Origin: Planctomycetota bacterium
GTDB taxonomy: Bacteria; Planctomycetota; UBA11346
Direction: 5' to 3'
Assembly: GCA_044338255.1 (NCBI GenBank)
Contig: JBIILZ010000003.1
Coordinates: 757-64,756 of the forward strand
Length of the DNA: 64,000 nucleotides
Positions 54,267 through 63,774 of the stretch are shown in pieces. Under the pieces are notes generated by a model. That model worked only from the letters and a program-made list of their open reading frames with translations. It did no database searches and was not told the origin of the DNA. Made by a program: the position numbers and the translations under genes. How positions within the stretch are numbered: position 1 is the first letter of the stretch; every line of letters starts with the position of its first letter.

Positions 54267-54698
54267 ATGCCCGATCAACTTTCTCTACGGGGTCTTTTTG
54301 GAGGTGTGGAAGCGGCTGGTTCGGCGATGAGCGCCGAGCGTCTGCGCATGAGCGTCGCCACCGAAAACCTCGCCCATGCCAACGACACTCGGCCGCTCGC
54401 CGACGGCAAACCCTACCAACGGCAACGGGTGCTCTTCCAGGCCGCCCTCGATGCCCAGCAGAACCTTAATGGCCAGGTCGAGGCCAGCGTCGTCGCTAGC
54501 CCTAAATATGATACTCATTACGACCCCACGCATCCGCATGCGAACGACCAGGGCATGGTCACCACGCCCGATATCAGCCCGATCCTCGAACTCACCGATC
54601 TCATGACGGCGAGCAAGTCCTACGACGCCAATGCCAACGCCGCCCGGGGTCTGATGAAGATGCACGAAACCGCCCTGCGCCTCGGCCAGGACAGCTGA
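54267..54698 (+). CDS. flgC: flagellar basal-body rod protein FlgC
   Basis: 143 aa. Typical FlgC features are VATENLAHANDTR and the C-terminal ELTDLMTASKSYDANANA. Confidence 0.92.
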   Translation: MPDQLSLRGLFGGVEAAGSAMSAERLRMSVATENLAHANDTRPLADGKPYQRQRVLFQAALDAQQNLNGQVEASVVASPKYDTHYDPTHPHANDQGMVTTPDISPILELTDLMTASKSYDANANAARGLMKMHETALRLGQDS

Positions 54699-54838
54699 CG
54701 GGCAGCGCGCATGATTTCCGCTCAGGTACATCTTTTTTTTGCCGATGCTCTCGTTAGACTGACTTTTATCAGCTCTTCGACTTATTCTCCTTTCAGCGTC
54801 CTTGTTTGCTTTCTCTGCCGTACCTTTCGGGCCCTGCC

Positions 54839-55150
54839 ATGAGCCTTCCGCTTGATCCTCTGCGTGGCCTCTATGGTGCCCAGGCTCCCAGCCCGGCAGC
54901 ACCGGCAGCGCCGGCGACGACTGCTGACGGCAAGTCCTTCCAGGATGTGCTCAACGATTTCGTCAAGCAGGTGGATACGACGCAGCACGAATACGATTCG
55001 GCGATCGGTGCCGTCGAGCGCGGCGAGACTGACAATCTGCATCGCGTGATGCTGGCGCAGAACGAAGCTCAGCTGTCGCTGAAACTAGCCGTCGAAGTTC
55101 GTAACAAACTAGTTGAAGCGTATAAGGAAACCATGCGCACGCAGTTCTAA
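54839..55150 (+). CDS. fliE: flagellar hook-basal body complex protein FliE
   Basis: The C-terminus reads VMLAQNEAQLSLKLAVEVRNKLVEAYKETMRTQF. ATG at 54839 is preferred to the TTG at 54806. Confidence 0.85.
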   Translation: MSLPLDPLRGLYGAQAPSPAAPAAPATTADGKSFQDVLNDFVKQVDTTQHEYDSAIGAVERGETDNLHRVMLAQNEAQLSLKLAVEVRNKLVEAYKETMRTQF

Positions 55151-55155
55151 GACTG

Positions 55156-55204
55156 CCTTTGACAGATACCTTTGCCAGATCCTTTGCCAGATCCTTTGCT
55201 AGAT
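55156..55204 (+). repeat. 4 x 12/13-bp tandem repeat upstream of the efflux operon
   Basis: CCTTTGACAGATA / CCTTTGCCAGAT / CCTTTGCCAGAT / CCTTTGCTAGAT begins 6 nt after the fliE stop and ends 67 nt before the OMF ATG. Confidence 0.9.
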
Positions 55205-55270
55205 AGTTGGTGGCCTCCAGGCAGCGAGAAAAGTCCTTGGTTCTCGGCGCGCTGCTCGGATCGTTCGCGC

Positions 55271-56689
55271 ATGAAGCTGTCCCTTATCGGTTGCACGTCC
55301 CTCCTGCTCGCCATCGCCACCAGTATCTCTGCCGAAGACACCGTGGTTCCCGCACCAGCAGTCACGGTGCCGGCAGCGGTTGCTGAACCTCTTGTCGCAC
55401 CTGTTGCCGCCGCACCTGTTGCCGCCGCACCTGTTGCCGCCGCACCTGTTGCCGCCGCACCGACCCTGACTTTAGATGAGGCCCTGGTCGAAGCCGCGAC
55501 CCACGCCCCCACGCCGGCGATCGCCCAGGCCCGTCTCGAACGGGTGCGCGCGCTACAGACCCAGGCCCGCGCCCTGCTCATGCCGACGGTGACCTTGGGT
55601 GGTTCGTACGGCTCGCAGTGGACCAACCGCCAACCCTACGCCGGAAGATCGACGGAGATCCTCGCTGGCCAAGCCGACGTCGCCATCCGCTTGTTCGATG
55701 GCACGGCCTTTCCGGCGATGAAATCGGCGAAGAATCAATTCGCCGGCCAGGAACACGCCAGCCGTGATCTGCGTCGGGCGTCGGCGTTCAGCGTCGCCAC
55801 CTCGTACCTGACGGTGATCACCGCCGAGCGCTTGAAGGTCGTGGCCACCCGCCGTCTCGACGTCGCCAACCAGCTGCTCGAAGAAGCCCGCGCGCGCCTG
55901 AAGGCCGGCTTGGCCATCGCCAGCGATGTGACGCGTGCCGAAGTAGAAGTCGCCGACAGCAACCTCTCGCTCAGCCAGGCCGTGCAGGCGATCGAGCTCG
56001 GGCGGTTGGCCCTCCAAGAAGCGATGGGCGGGCGTGAGCCGGGAGTCCTCGCCGAGCCGCTGGTGACCGCTCCAGAAGATCAGAAGCCTGACGATCTGTT
56101 GGTCATCGCTCGTCGTCAGCGCGATGATCTGGCGGCAGCGCGCTTCGCCGTCGAGTCCAATCTCAACGATGCCGAAGTCATCCGTCGCGGCAATTGGCCG
56201 GTGCTCGGCGCCCACGCCGGAGTCGCCGATCAGGATCGCAATGACGGTACCAATGGGCTGTACGGCGATACCCATTATGTCGCGGGCCTGACCGCCAGCT
56301 GGTCACTGTATGATGGCGGATTGCGCTCGGGGCGGGTCGAGGAGACCGAAGCCGCTGGTCGCGAACGGCGCCTGAACGTGCGTGCCATCGAGCTCGGCGC
56401 ACAGCGCGAAGTCCGTACTGCCGTGGTCCAGATCACCACCGCCGTCGCCGGTGTTGCACAGGCCGAAGCCCGCAGCCGCAGTGCCGCCGCCGATGCCGCC
56501 GACGCCTTCGCCCGTTATCGCGCCGGTACCGGTACCGCCACCGAGCTCGCGGATGCGCAATATCGCAGCGCCTCGGCCGATGCCGATTTGACCCGTCGCA
56601 AGATCGAGGTCCTGTCCTTCCGCCTGGGCTTGCGCCAGGCCCTGGGCAGCTGGCCGTTATCCGATGTCGAGCCGACCGGGTCACCATGA
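55271..56689 (+). CDS. TolC-family outer-membrane efflux protein
   Basis: The signal peptide is MKLSLIGCTSLLLAIATSISAED. Two OEP repeats are present. It is the first gene of the OMF-MFP-RND operon. Confidence 0.85.
   Translation: MKLSLIGCTSLLLAIATSISAEDTVVPAPAVTVPAAVAEPLVAPVAAAPVAAAPVAAAPVAAAPTLTLDEALVEAATHAPTPAIAQARLERVRALQTQARALLMPTVTLGGSYGSQWTNRQPYAGRSTEILAGQADVAIRLFDGTAFPAMKSAKNQFAGQEHASRDLRRASAFSVATSYLTVITAERLKVVATRRLDVANQLLEEARARLKAGLAIASDVTRAEVEVADSNLSLSQAVQAIELGRLALQEAMGGREPGVLAEPLVTAPEDQKPDDLLVIARRQRDDLAAARFAVESNLNDAEVIRRGNWPVLGAHAGVADQDRNDGTNGLYGDTHYVAGLTASWSLYDGGLRSGRVEETEAAGRERRLNVRAIELGAQREVRTAVVQITTAVAGVAQAEARSRSAAADAADAFARYRAGTGTATELADAQYRSASADADLTRRKIEVLSFRLGLRQALGSWPLSDVEPTGSP
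55397..55456 (+). repeat. 4 x 15-bp in-frame repeat (VAAAP)n
   Basis: GCACCTGTTGCCGCC x4, perfect copies, in the N-terminal linker of the OMF. Confidence 0.95.
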
Positions 56690-57813
56690 ACAGGTATCCG
56701 ACCTGGGTCTGTTTAACGGGTATGCTGATGCTGGCTGCATGTGGCAAGCCGGCGGCTCCGGTCGGTGTGGAAAAGAAAAAAGGCGAGCAGCCATTCCCCA
56801 TCGAAGTGCGGGTGGTCGCTGAACGCGAACTGGCCCAGACCATGCGTGCCCCGGGCACCGTCGAAGCCTTCGAAACAGTGCAGATCACCGCCCGCGTGGC
56901 GGGCTCACTTGACCGTCTGCAGGTCGTCGAAGGCGATCAGGTGGCGGTCGGCGATCTCATCGCCACCATCGATGCGGAGCGCTATCGCATCACTTTGGCG
57001 ACCATGCGGGCTCAGCTCGCCCGCGCCCAGGCCGTGCGCGAAGACGCCAGCGCCTCGGCCGCGCGGCGCGAGGAACTGGCGAAAGTCGATCGCGTGCCAC
57101 AGGAAGAGGCCCAGCAGGCACGCATGCGCCTGCTGCAGGCGGAGGCCGATCTGGCCGGCGCCCAAGCTGCCGTCGAGCGCGCCGCCCTGGATCTCAAGGA
57201 CGCCCAGGTCACCGCCCCCATCGCCGGCATCATTCAGCGCCGCGAGGCGCGTACCGGCGCCTACCTGCCGATCGGGGCGCCCCTAGTGACCCTCATCCAG
57301 CGCGACCCGCTGCAATTGCACTTCAGCGTCGCGGTCGGCGAGGCCCAGCGCCTGCGCGTCGGCATGGTCGTGGACGCGATTCCGCGGGGCTCGGCGGCGC
57401 CGATCCGCGCCACTATCCGCCTGATCGCCGATGCCGTCGATCCCGGCACACGCCTGGTGCCGGTCGTTGCCCGTCTGGCCACCGAGACCGCCAGCGCGGT
57501 GCGCCCGGGAACCTTCGCGGACGTGCTCATGACCATGCCGCCACGCACTGTCATCAGCGTTCCGAGCCTGTCGCTGCGCGCCAGCGAACGCGGAACTATG
57601 GCCTATGTCGTCGACGGGGACGTGGTTCATGAACGGATCGTGATCCTCGAAGGCCAGGCTGAAGACGGGGAGCTGATGGTCGCCAGCGGCCTGCGCGTCG
57701 GTGAAACACTGGCCGTACGGGCCGCCGATGGCCTGCGCAAGGGCATGAAGGTGGTGGTGATCAAGCCGGGCTCCGGGCCGGTGCGACCAGCAGCGGAAGC
57801 CGTCGGCAGATGA
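56686..57813 (+). CDS. RND efflux periplasmic adaptor (membrane fusion protein), lipoprotein
   Basis: The lipobox is MLMLAACG. It has the HlyD/AcrA-type hairpin and beta-barrel pattern. ATGA overlaps occur on both sides. Confidence 0.9.
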   Translation: MNRYPTWVCLTGMLMLAACGKPAAPVGVEKKKGEQPFPIEVRVVAERELAQTMRAPGTVEAFETVQITARVAGSLDRLQVVEGDQVAVGDLIATIDAERYRITLATMRAQLARAQAVREDASASAARREELAKVDRVPQEEAQQARMRLLQAEADLAGAQAAVERAALDLKDAQVTAPIAGIIQRREARTGAYLPIGAPLVTLIQRDPLQLHFSVAVGEAQRLRVGMVVDAIPRGSAAPIRATIRLIADAVDPGTRLVPVVARLATETASAVRPGTFADVLMTMPPRTVISVPSLSLRASERGTMAYVVDGDVVHERIVILEGQAEDGELMVASGLRVGETLAVRAADGLRKGMKVVVIKPGSGPVRPAAEAVGR

Positions 57814-60800
57814 ATCTGACCGACGCCTGCATCCGTAAGCCGGTCCTGGCCTGGGTGCTGATGATCGGCGTGGTCCTGATCGGCAGCGTGTCCCTGCAGC
57901 GTATCGGCATCAGCCAGTTCCCCGATGTCGACTTCCCCGTCGTCAACGTCGCCATCACCTGGGAGGGGGCCTCGGCCGAGGCGGTGGAGAGCGATATCCT
58001 CGAGGACGTCGAGGACATCCTCTCATCGATCGAGGGCGTCACCGCCCTGACCTCGAGCGCTCGCACCGGTTCGGGCAACCTCTCGGTCGAATTCGACATC
58101 TCGCGGAGCATCGATAGCGCGCTCCAGGATGTGCAATCGAGGCTCGGACAGATCACCCGCCGGCTGCCCAAGGACATTGATCCACCGGTGGTGACCAAGA
58201 TGAACCCCGATGATTTCCCGATCCTCTGGGCGGGCCTGGGCGGCAACGTGCCCAAGCGCCAGCTCATGGATACGGCGCGCACGGTCCGCGATCGGCTGCT
58301 GCGCACGCCAGGGGTCGGCGACATCCTGCTCGGCGGCTCGGCGGATCGCGCGGTACGCCTGTGGTTCGACAACTCGAAGCTGATCGAGCAGGGGGTCACG
58401 GTCATAGAAGTCGCCGCCGCGCTCAATCGCCAGCATCTCGAGATTCCCGCGGGGTATCTCGAGGATGCCGGCTTCCGCGGGCGCGAGATCAATGTGCGGG
58501 TGATGGGCGAAGCCCTCAAGCTTGAGCAGCTGCGGGCGCTGGTGGTCGGTGGGTCAGCCAACCACCCGGTGCGTCTGGAGGATGTCGCGCAGGTCGAGGA
58601 CGGCTTCGTCGATCAGCGCTCCTTCTCGCGCTTCAATGGCGAGAGCGCGGTCGGCATCGGCATCCGTAAGCAGCGCGGCACCAATCAGGTCGCTGTCGCC
58701 AAGGCGGTGCGCCAGGCACTCATCGATATCCAGCCGACCCTGCCCCCCGGGATGTCGATCGGCATCAACTACGATGCGACGGTGTTCATCGAGCGCTCGA
58801 TCACTGATCTCGGGCACGAGCTGCTCCTGGCGGTGGCCTTGACGGCCGTAGTCTGCTGGTTGTTCCTCGGTTCGCTGTCAGCGACCAGCAACGTCATCCT
58901 CGCTATACCCATGTCGCTGTTCGGCACCATCACCGTGCTCGATATGTGCGGCTTCACGCTCAACACCTTCACGCTGCTCGGGCTGGCCCTGGTCATCGGC
59001 CTGGTCGTCGACGATGCGATCATGGTCCAGGAGAACATCACCCGCCATATGGAGCTGGGCGCCAAGCCCAAGGAGGCGGCCTCGCGGGGGACGAAGGAGA
59101 TCGCCTTCGCGGCCCTCGCCGCGACCGCGGCGGTGATCGCCGTCTTCATGCCGGTACTCTTCGTGCCGGGGGTCATTGGGCGTTTCCTCCTGCAGTTCGG
59201 CGTGGCGTTCTCGGTAGCCGTGGCGCTGAGCTACCTCGAGGCCGTGACCCTCGCACCGGCGCGCTGTAGCCAGATGGTGCACATCGCCACCGCCAAGCGC
59301 GGCCTGATCGTGCGCGGTGGCGAAGCCCTGTTCGCGGCCATCGGGCGGCTATACCTCCCGCTGCTGAACCACTCCTTGCGCCGGCCGTGGACGACCCTGG
59401 CGATCGCCATGGTGCTCTTCGTCAGTTCGCTGTGGTTGTTCACCGCCTTGCCCAAGGAATTCATCTCTTCCGAGGATCAGAGCCGTCTACAGTTGCGCCT
59501 CGATGCCCCCGCGAGCGCCAATCTCGAGGAGACCGATGCCCTGATGCGCCAGGTTGAAGCCTACCTGCTGCAACGTCCGGACATCGAACGCATCTATGCC
59601 AGCATCGGTGGCGGCAACTTCGGCTCGTCGGGGTCGTCCTCGGGCAATATGTTCATCACCTTGGTGCAACCCGACCGCCGGCAGCTGAGCCAGCAGCAGA
59701 TCCAAGGCGAGATCCGCGCCTGGGCGGGTTCCCTGGCGGGGGCGCGAGTGGTGGTCCAGGATCCCTCGGCGCAGAGCTTCACCGGTCAGCGCCAGGGCGC
59801 GCAGGTCGCCTTCAGTCTTAGCGGCGACGATTGGTCGGCGCTGGTCAAGACCTCGCAGGAGGTGGTTCAGCGCCTGCGCGCCTCGGAGCTGCTGGTCGAT
59901 GTCGATAGCGATTTCCGCCTTGGCCGCCCCGAGGCACGCCTCGAGATCCAGCGCGAGGCCGCCCAGGACCTCGGCGTCAAGGCCGACGACGTCGCGCAGA
60001 CCGTGAATTTCCTGCTCGGCGGCAACCGCTTAGCCAAGTTCTCCGACAATGGTCGCCGGCTCGACATCCGCGCGCGCGCGACCCTCGCCGAGCGCCAGCG
60101 CCCCGAGGACCTTCTGCAGTACCGCGTGCGTTCGGCAGGTGGCGGCCTGGTGCCCCTCGCCAACCTTGCCGAGGTCCAGGTGGTCCCGACGGTGCAGGCG
60201 ATCCTCCGCCGCGATCGCTCGCGGGCGATCACCATCACCGCCAATCTCGGGGACCAGGTCACCCGCGAAGCCGCCGGCCAGGTCATCGCTGGCATTAGCG
60301 CTGAGCTTCCCCTCGGCATCCGCCTAGTCGAGCAGGGCATCGGCAAGCAGATGCGCGAGACCTTCAGCGGCCTGGGCTTTTCGCTGGTCCTGGGCCTGGT
60401 GGCGGCGTATCTCATCCTCGGCGGCCAGTTCAACTCGTTCCTGCATCCGTTGACGGTGCTGACAGTGCTGCCGTTCGCCCTGTCGGGGGCGCTGGCCGGG
60501 CTGTGGCTGGGCGGATTCACCTTCAATCTCTTCAGCGCCATCGGCATCGTGCTGCTCATGGGCCTGGCGAAGAAGAATTCGATCATCCTTGTCGATTACG
60601 CTAACCAGGGCCGCGAACGCGGCCTGAGCGCCAGCGAGGCCATGCACCATGCCGGCCTGATCCGCCTGCGTCCGATCGTCATGACCAGCGTTGCGACCCT
60701 GGCGGCGGCGGTGCCGACGGCGCTGGGCCTGGGAAGCGGTGCCGAGACCCGCCAACCGATGGCGGTGGCGATCCTCGGCGGGATCATCGTCTCGACGATC

Positions 60801-60962
60801 CTCTCGCTGGTGGTGGTGCCGGCGTTCTACGTCCTCGTCGACCGCCTGCTGGTGAAGGTCCGCGGGGTTTCAGCCGTGGGTGAAGCCGGGGGCGTGGATC
60901 GCCCCGGTCAGGAAGTGGCTCCAGTTCTTCTCGAAAAAGATCCGTCCAAGATCGTCGAGTGA
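57810..60962 (+). CDS. RND-family efflux transporter (AcrB/HAE1-like)
   Basis: 1050 aa with a 12-TM topology and two large periplasmic loops. The N-terminus NLTDACIRKPVLAWVLMIGVVLIG is typical of the family. Confidence 0.95.
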   Translation: MNLTDACIRKPVLAWVLMIGVVLIGSVSLQRIGISQFPDVDFPVVNVAITWEGASAEAVESDILEDVEDILSSIEGVTALTSSARTGSGNLSVEFDISRSIDSALQDVQSRLGQITRRLPKDIDPPVVTKMNPDDFPILWAGLGGNVPKRQLMDTARTVRDRLLRTPGVGDILLGGSADRAVRLWFDNSKLIEQGVTVIEVAAALNRQHLEIPAGYLEDAGFRGREINVRVMGEALKLEQLRALVVGGSANHPVRLEDVAQVEDGFVDQRSFSRFNGESAVGIGIRKQRGTNQVAVAKAVRQALIDIQPTLPPGMSIGINYDATVFIERSITDLGHELLLAVALTAVVCWLFLGSLSATSNVILAIPMSLFGTITVLDMCGFTLNTFTLLGLALVIGLVVDDAIMVQENITRHMELGAKPKEAASRGTKEIAFAALAATAAVIAVFMPVLFVPGVIGRFLLQFGVAFSVAVALSYLEAVTLAPARCSQMVHIATAKRGLIVRGGEALFAAIGRLYLPLLNHSLRRPWTTLAIAMVLFVSSLWLFTALPKEFISSEDQSRLQLRLDAPASANLEETDALMRQVEAYLLQRPDIERIYASIGGGNFGSSGSSSGNMFITLVQPDRRQLSQQQIQGEIRAWAGSLAGARVVVQDPSAQSFTGQRQGAQVAFSLSGDDWSALVKTSQEVVQRLRASELLVDVDSDFRLGRPEARLEIQREAAQDLGVKADDVAQTVNFLLGGNRLAKFSDNGRRLDIRARATLAERQRPEDLLQYRVRSAGGGLVPLANLAEVQVVPTVQAILRRDRSRAITITANLGDQVTREAAGQVIAGISAELPLGIRLVEQGIGKQMRETFSGLGFSLVLGLVAAYLILGGQFNSFLHPLTVLTVLPFALSGALAGLWLGGFTFNLFSAIGIVLLMGLAKKNSIILVDYANQGRERGLSASEAMHHAGLIRLRPIVMTSVATLAAAVPTALGLGSGAETRQPMAVAILGGIIVSTILSLVVVPAFYVLVDRLLVKVRGVSAVGEAGGVDRPGQEVAPVLLEKDPSKIVE

Positions 60963-62933
60963 ACGTAGCGGCGTGGTCTCTACGCGGCAGGCGCCGTCGA
61001 CTAGACGCACCGTCAGCTTGTGCTCGCGATGTGCGGCTTTTTCGCGGCGGAAACGGAATTCGGTGAGATCCATGGCGCGGGCCTGCGGAACATCCGGGCC
61101 ATCGGCGGCGCAATAGGCGCGTGCGCCTCGGCTGCCGCCGCCATCAGCAACGTAATGATCCAGGGCGGTGAGCACGGCCTCGCTGGTGAGGGCCATCTGC
61201 CGCCAGCGGAAGACTTCCGCGCTGCGGGCTGGCGAACTGATGCTGAGACCCTGGTGGAGGATGCGCTGACGCAGCTCCCTGGCCGCCGCGAGCGCTGCCG
61301 GTACTGCTGCGACCGGGCAGAGGAAGCCGGCGTGGTCGCTCATGCGCGCCTGGATCTGGTCACGGACCTGGACCGGATCGAGGCCGCCTTCGCGACCGAC
61401 GGCGGACGTGGCAAGCGCCACCGCCTGCGCGACCTGGGCGCTGACCTCGAGCGCGCCGGGCACCACGGGGTGTGCCCAGGCTATGTGCCTGGCTACGCGC
61501 ATGCCCATGACCTGGCCGGCATTGAGGGCCGCGCCTCCCGGGCGGGTCACGCCATGCGTTCCAGCGACCTCGCCGACGGCGTAGAGGCCGGGCAGCGAGG
61601 TCTGACCTTCGGAATCGACCTGTACGCCGCCGTTCATGTGCTGGTGATTGACCGCGAAGGGCAGGGGGTCGACGGCGATGTCGACTCCGTGCATGCGGTA
61701 CAGCTCGATCGCCAGGGGGTTCATGTGCGCCAGGCGGGCGAGCGGGGTCGCCTGCAGGGCCTCGTTGTTTTCGAGATAGGCGCGGGCGTCGTCATCGAGT
61801 CGACTGATGGCGAACGGCAGATCCCCGGGGACCGCATCGGGATTGCGCAGGAAGTCGAGGTAGACGGTGCGTCCGCGGCGGGTCTCTTCGGCGATCGCGA
61901 GATCGACCAGGCTGCTCTTGAAGTCGAGCATGCGCGTGGCGTGGAAGGGCCACTGATAGCCCTTGCGGAAGACGTTCGAGGCCAGCTCCTGGGTGGTGCG
62001 GAAATAATCACCGAGAAAATTGTATTCTGTGCCGTCAGCGTCGCGGCTGAAGATGCGCGGTACGACCTGCACGTAGGTACCCGAGAGATTCCAGGGGAAT
62101 TCCTGGCGGCGGGTGCCAATGCCGAATTGGCTCTCGGTGAGATTGCAGGTGCTGACGCCGGCCTCCAAGGCCATGCCCAGCGAGCCGTAGCAATGCCGGG
62201 GATAGACGCTATCGCGATAGAGCTCACCGGGGCCGCCAGTGGCGAGGATGGTGGTGCCGGCGAGGATCACGCACAGGCCATGCGCGTTGCTGCTGTGCTC
62301 GCGATCGATCGCAACCACGCCTACGCAGCGACCGGCCTCGATCAGCAGTTGCACGGCTTCGCATTTGCGCCGGAAGCCGACCTGCAGACGCAGGGCTTCC
62401 TGGGCCAGCACCTGGACCATCAGGCGCGAAGTGCGCGGGCCGCAGCTGGTGGCGCGGCCGACGGTATCATGGTCGGTCTGGTAGCGCAGGACGGCGCCAA
62501 AGCGATCGGTGGGCAGGGGCAGGCCGAGGTATTGGAGCACGCCAAAAGCCGCGAAGGAGCCGGCGGCTTCGACGTATTCCTGATCATGGTCCATGCACCC
62601 GCCGCTGCCGATGTCGTGCGCGAGGCCGGCGATGTGGTCACCTTTGTTCGAGGTCCCGGCGGTATGCAGGGTCTGCTTGTCGGAGCCCGAACAGGCCGAA
62701 GTCCCGCCATAGGCGCTCATGGTCGCGACCAGCACCTGCACGCCATGTCGCTGCAGTTCGATCGCGGCGCGCAGACCGGCGGCGCCGCTGCCCACGACCA
62801 GGGCCTGGCTGCGCCACACCGGCAGGGTCAGCCCGCCGACGTGCATGGTCTCGCCGACGATCTGCGATGTCGGCAATGCCGGCATGTCGACCCGAGTTAG
62901 GGCGTCGAGGATGTTCTGCGCGATGGCGGGCAT
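60870..62933 (-). CDS. FAD-dependent oxidoreductase (succinate dehydrogenase/fumarate reductase flavoprotein-like fold)
   Basis: The dinucleotide loop is LVVGSGAAGLRAAIEL, followed by GGTSACSGSDKQTL. ATG at 62933 is chosen because the upstream part of the long ORF overlaps the SDR gene in an Arg/Pro-rich shadow frame. The substrate is unknown. Confidence 0.7.
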   Translation of the reverse strand: MPAIAQNILDALTRVDMPALPTSQIVGETMHVGGLTLPVWRSQALVVGSGAAGLRAAIELQRHGVQVLVATMSAYGGTSACSGSDKQTLHTAGTSNKGDHIAGLAHDIGSGGCMDHDQEYVEAAGSFAAFGVLQYLGLPLPTDRFGAVLRYQTDHDTVGRATSCGPRTSRLMVQVLAQEALRLQVGFRRKCEAVQLLIEAGRCVGVVAIDREHSSNAHGLCVILAGTTILATGGPGELYRDSVYPRHCYGSLGMALEAGVSTCNLTESQFGIGTRRQEFPWNLSGTYVQVVPRIFSRDADGTEYNFLGDYFRTTQELASNVFRKGYQWPFHATRMLDFKSSLVDLAIAEETRRGRTVYLDFLRNPDAVPGDLPFAISRLDDDARAYLENNEALQATPLARLAHMNPLAIELYRMHGVDIAVDPLPFAVNHQHMNGGVQVDSEGQTSLPGLYAVGEVAGTHGVTRPGGAALNAGQVMGMRVARHIAWAHPVVPGALEVSAQVAQAVALATSAVGREGGLDPVQVRDQIQARMSDHAGFLCPVAAVPAALAAARELRQRILHQGLSISSPARSAEVFRWRQMALTSEAVLTALDHYVADGGGSRGARAYCAADGPDVPQARAMDLTEFRFRREKAAHREHKLTVRLVDGACRVETTPLRSLDDLGRIFFEKNWSHFLTGAIHAPGFTHG

Positions 62934-62941
62934 GAGGGGCC

Positions 62942-63748
62942 TTACAAACGGCGGATGTGGAAGCCGCCATCGACATCGATCACGGTGCCGGTGGAGAAGG
63001 GGAACGAGCCGCCAGCGAGGGCCGCCACCGCCAGGCCGACATCCTCGGCGCTGCCCCAGCGGGGTTGCGGCACCAGGCCCTGGGCGATCAGGGCATCGTA
63101 TTTGCCGGTGACGCCGGCGGTCATGTCGGTCTTCATGATCCCCGGGCGGACCTCGGTCACGACCACGCCATGCGCCGCCAGGCGGCTGGCCCACAATTGC
63201 ACGGCCATGCCCAGACCGGCTTTCGCCAGGCAGTAATCGCCGCGGTTCACCGAGGCGGTGTGGGCGCTGATGCTGGTGACGAAGACCACTGAGCGGTAGC
63301 GCACAGCGCCTGAAGAACAGCGCACAGCGCCGTCATCGGCGGTCTGCAGCCAGTGATTGGCGACCTGCTGGGTCAGGAAGTACGGTCCCTTGAGGTTGGT
63401 GCCGATGAGCAGGTCGAAGCTCGCTTCGTCGGCCTCGCAGACGTCGGCGCGGACCTTGGGGGCGATGCCGGCATTGTTGATCAGGCTGTCGATGCGCCCC
63501 AGGCCGGCGAGCACCGCCGGCAACAGGTTCGAGCGGCTGGCGCTATCGGAGATGTCGCCCTGCACGGCGATGAAACGCTGTCCGTCGACGGTCGCCGCCG
63601 CTCGGCACAGACCGACGCATTCATCGGCAGCTGCCTGGTTGCCGGCGTAGTTGATCGCTACCGACCAACCGGCTTTGGCCAGTTCAAGGCATACGCCACG
63701 GCCGAGACCGCGCGAACCACCGGTGACGAGAGCAACGGGGATGGTCAT
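62942..63748 (-). CDS. short-chain dehydrogenase/reductase
   Basis: Cofactor loop VTGGSRGLGRG (TGxxxGxG). Catalytic YCLAKAG (YxxxK). Also NNAG. Confidence 0.85.
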   Translation of the reverse strand: MTIPVALVTGGSRGLGRGVCLELAKAGWSVAINYAGNQAAADECVGLCRAAATVDGQRFIAVQGDISDSASRSNLLPAVLAGLGRIDSLINNAGIAPKVRADVCEADEASFDLLIGTNLKGPYFLTQQVANHWLQTADDGAVRCSSGAVRYRSVVFVTSISAHTASVNRGDYCLAKAGLGMAVQLWASRLAAHGVVVTEVRPGIMKTDMTAGVTGKYDALIAQGLVPQPRWGSAEDVGLAVAALAGGSFPFSTGTVIDVDGGFHIRRL

Positions 63749-63774
63749 GGAAACTCCAAATGAAAAAGTGGGAT

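Noticed and set aside
54741-54746. A sigma28 (FliA)-type -10 box, GCCGAT, upstream of fliE after a T8 run.
   Set aside because: There is no TAAA-like -35 element at the required ~15-nt distance. The hexamer is only a partial match (GCCGATGC versus GCCGATAA).
60870-60962. A 93-bp convergent overlap between the 3' ends of the RND transporter gene and the FAD-oxidoreductase gene, considered as a possible antisense regulatory arrangement.
   Set aside because: The last ~30 residues of the RND ORF (VSAVGEAGGVDRPGQEVAPVLLEKDPSKIVE) follow the final TM helix and look like unconstrained read-through until the first stop in GC-rich DNA. No additional signal supports a functional overlap.
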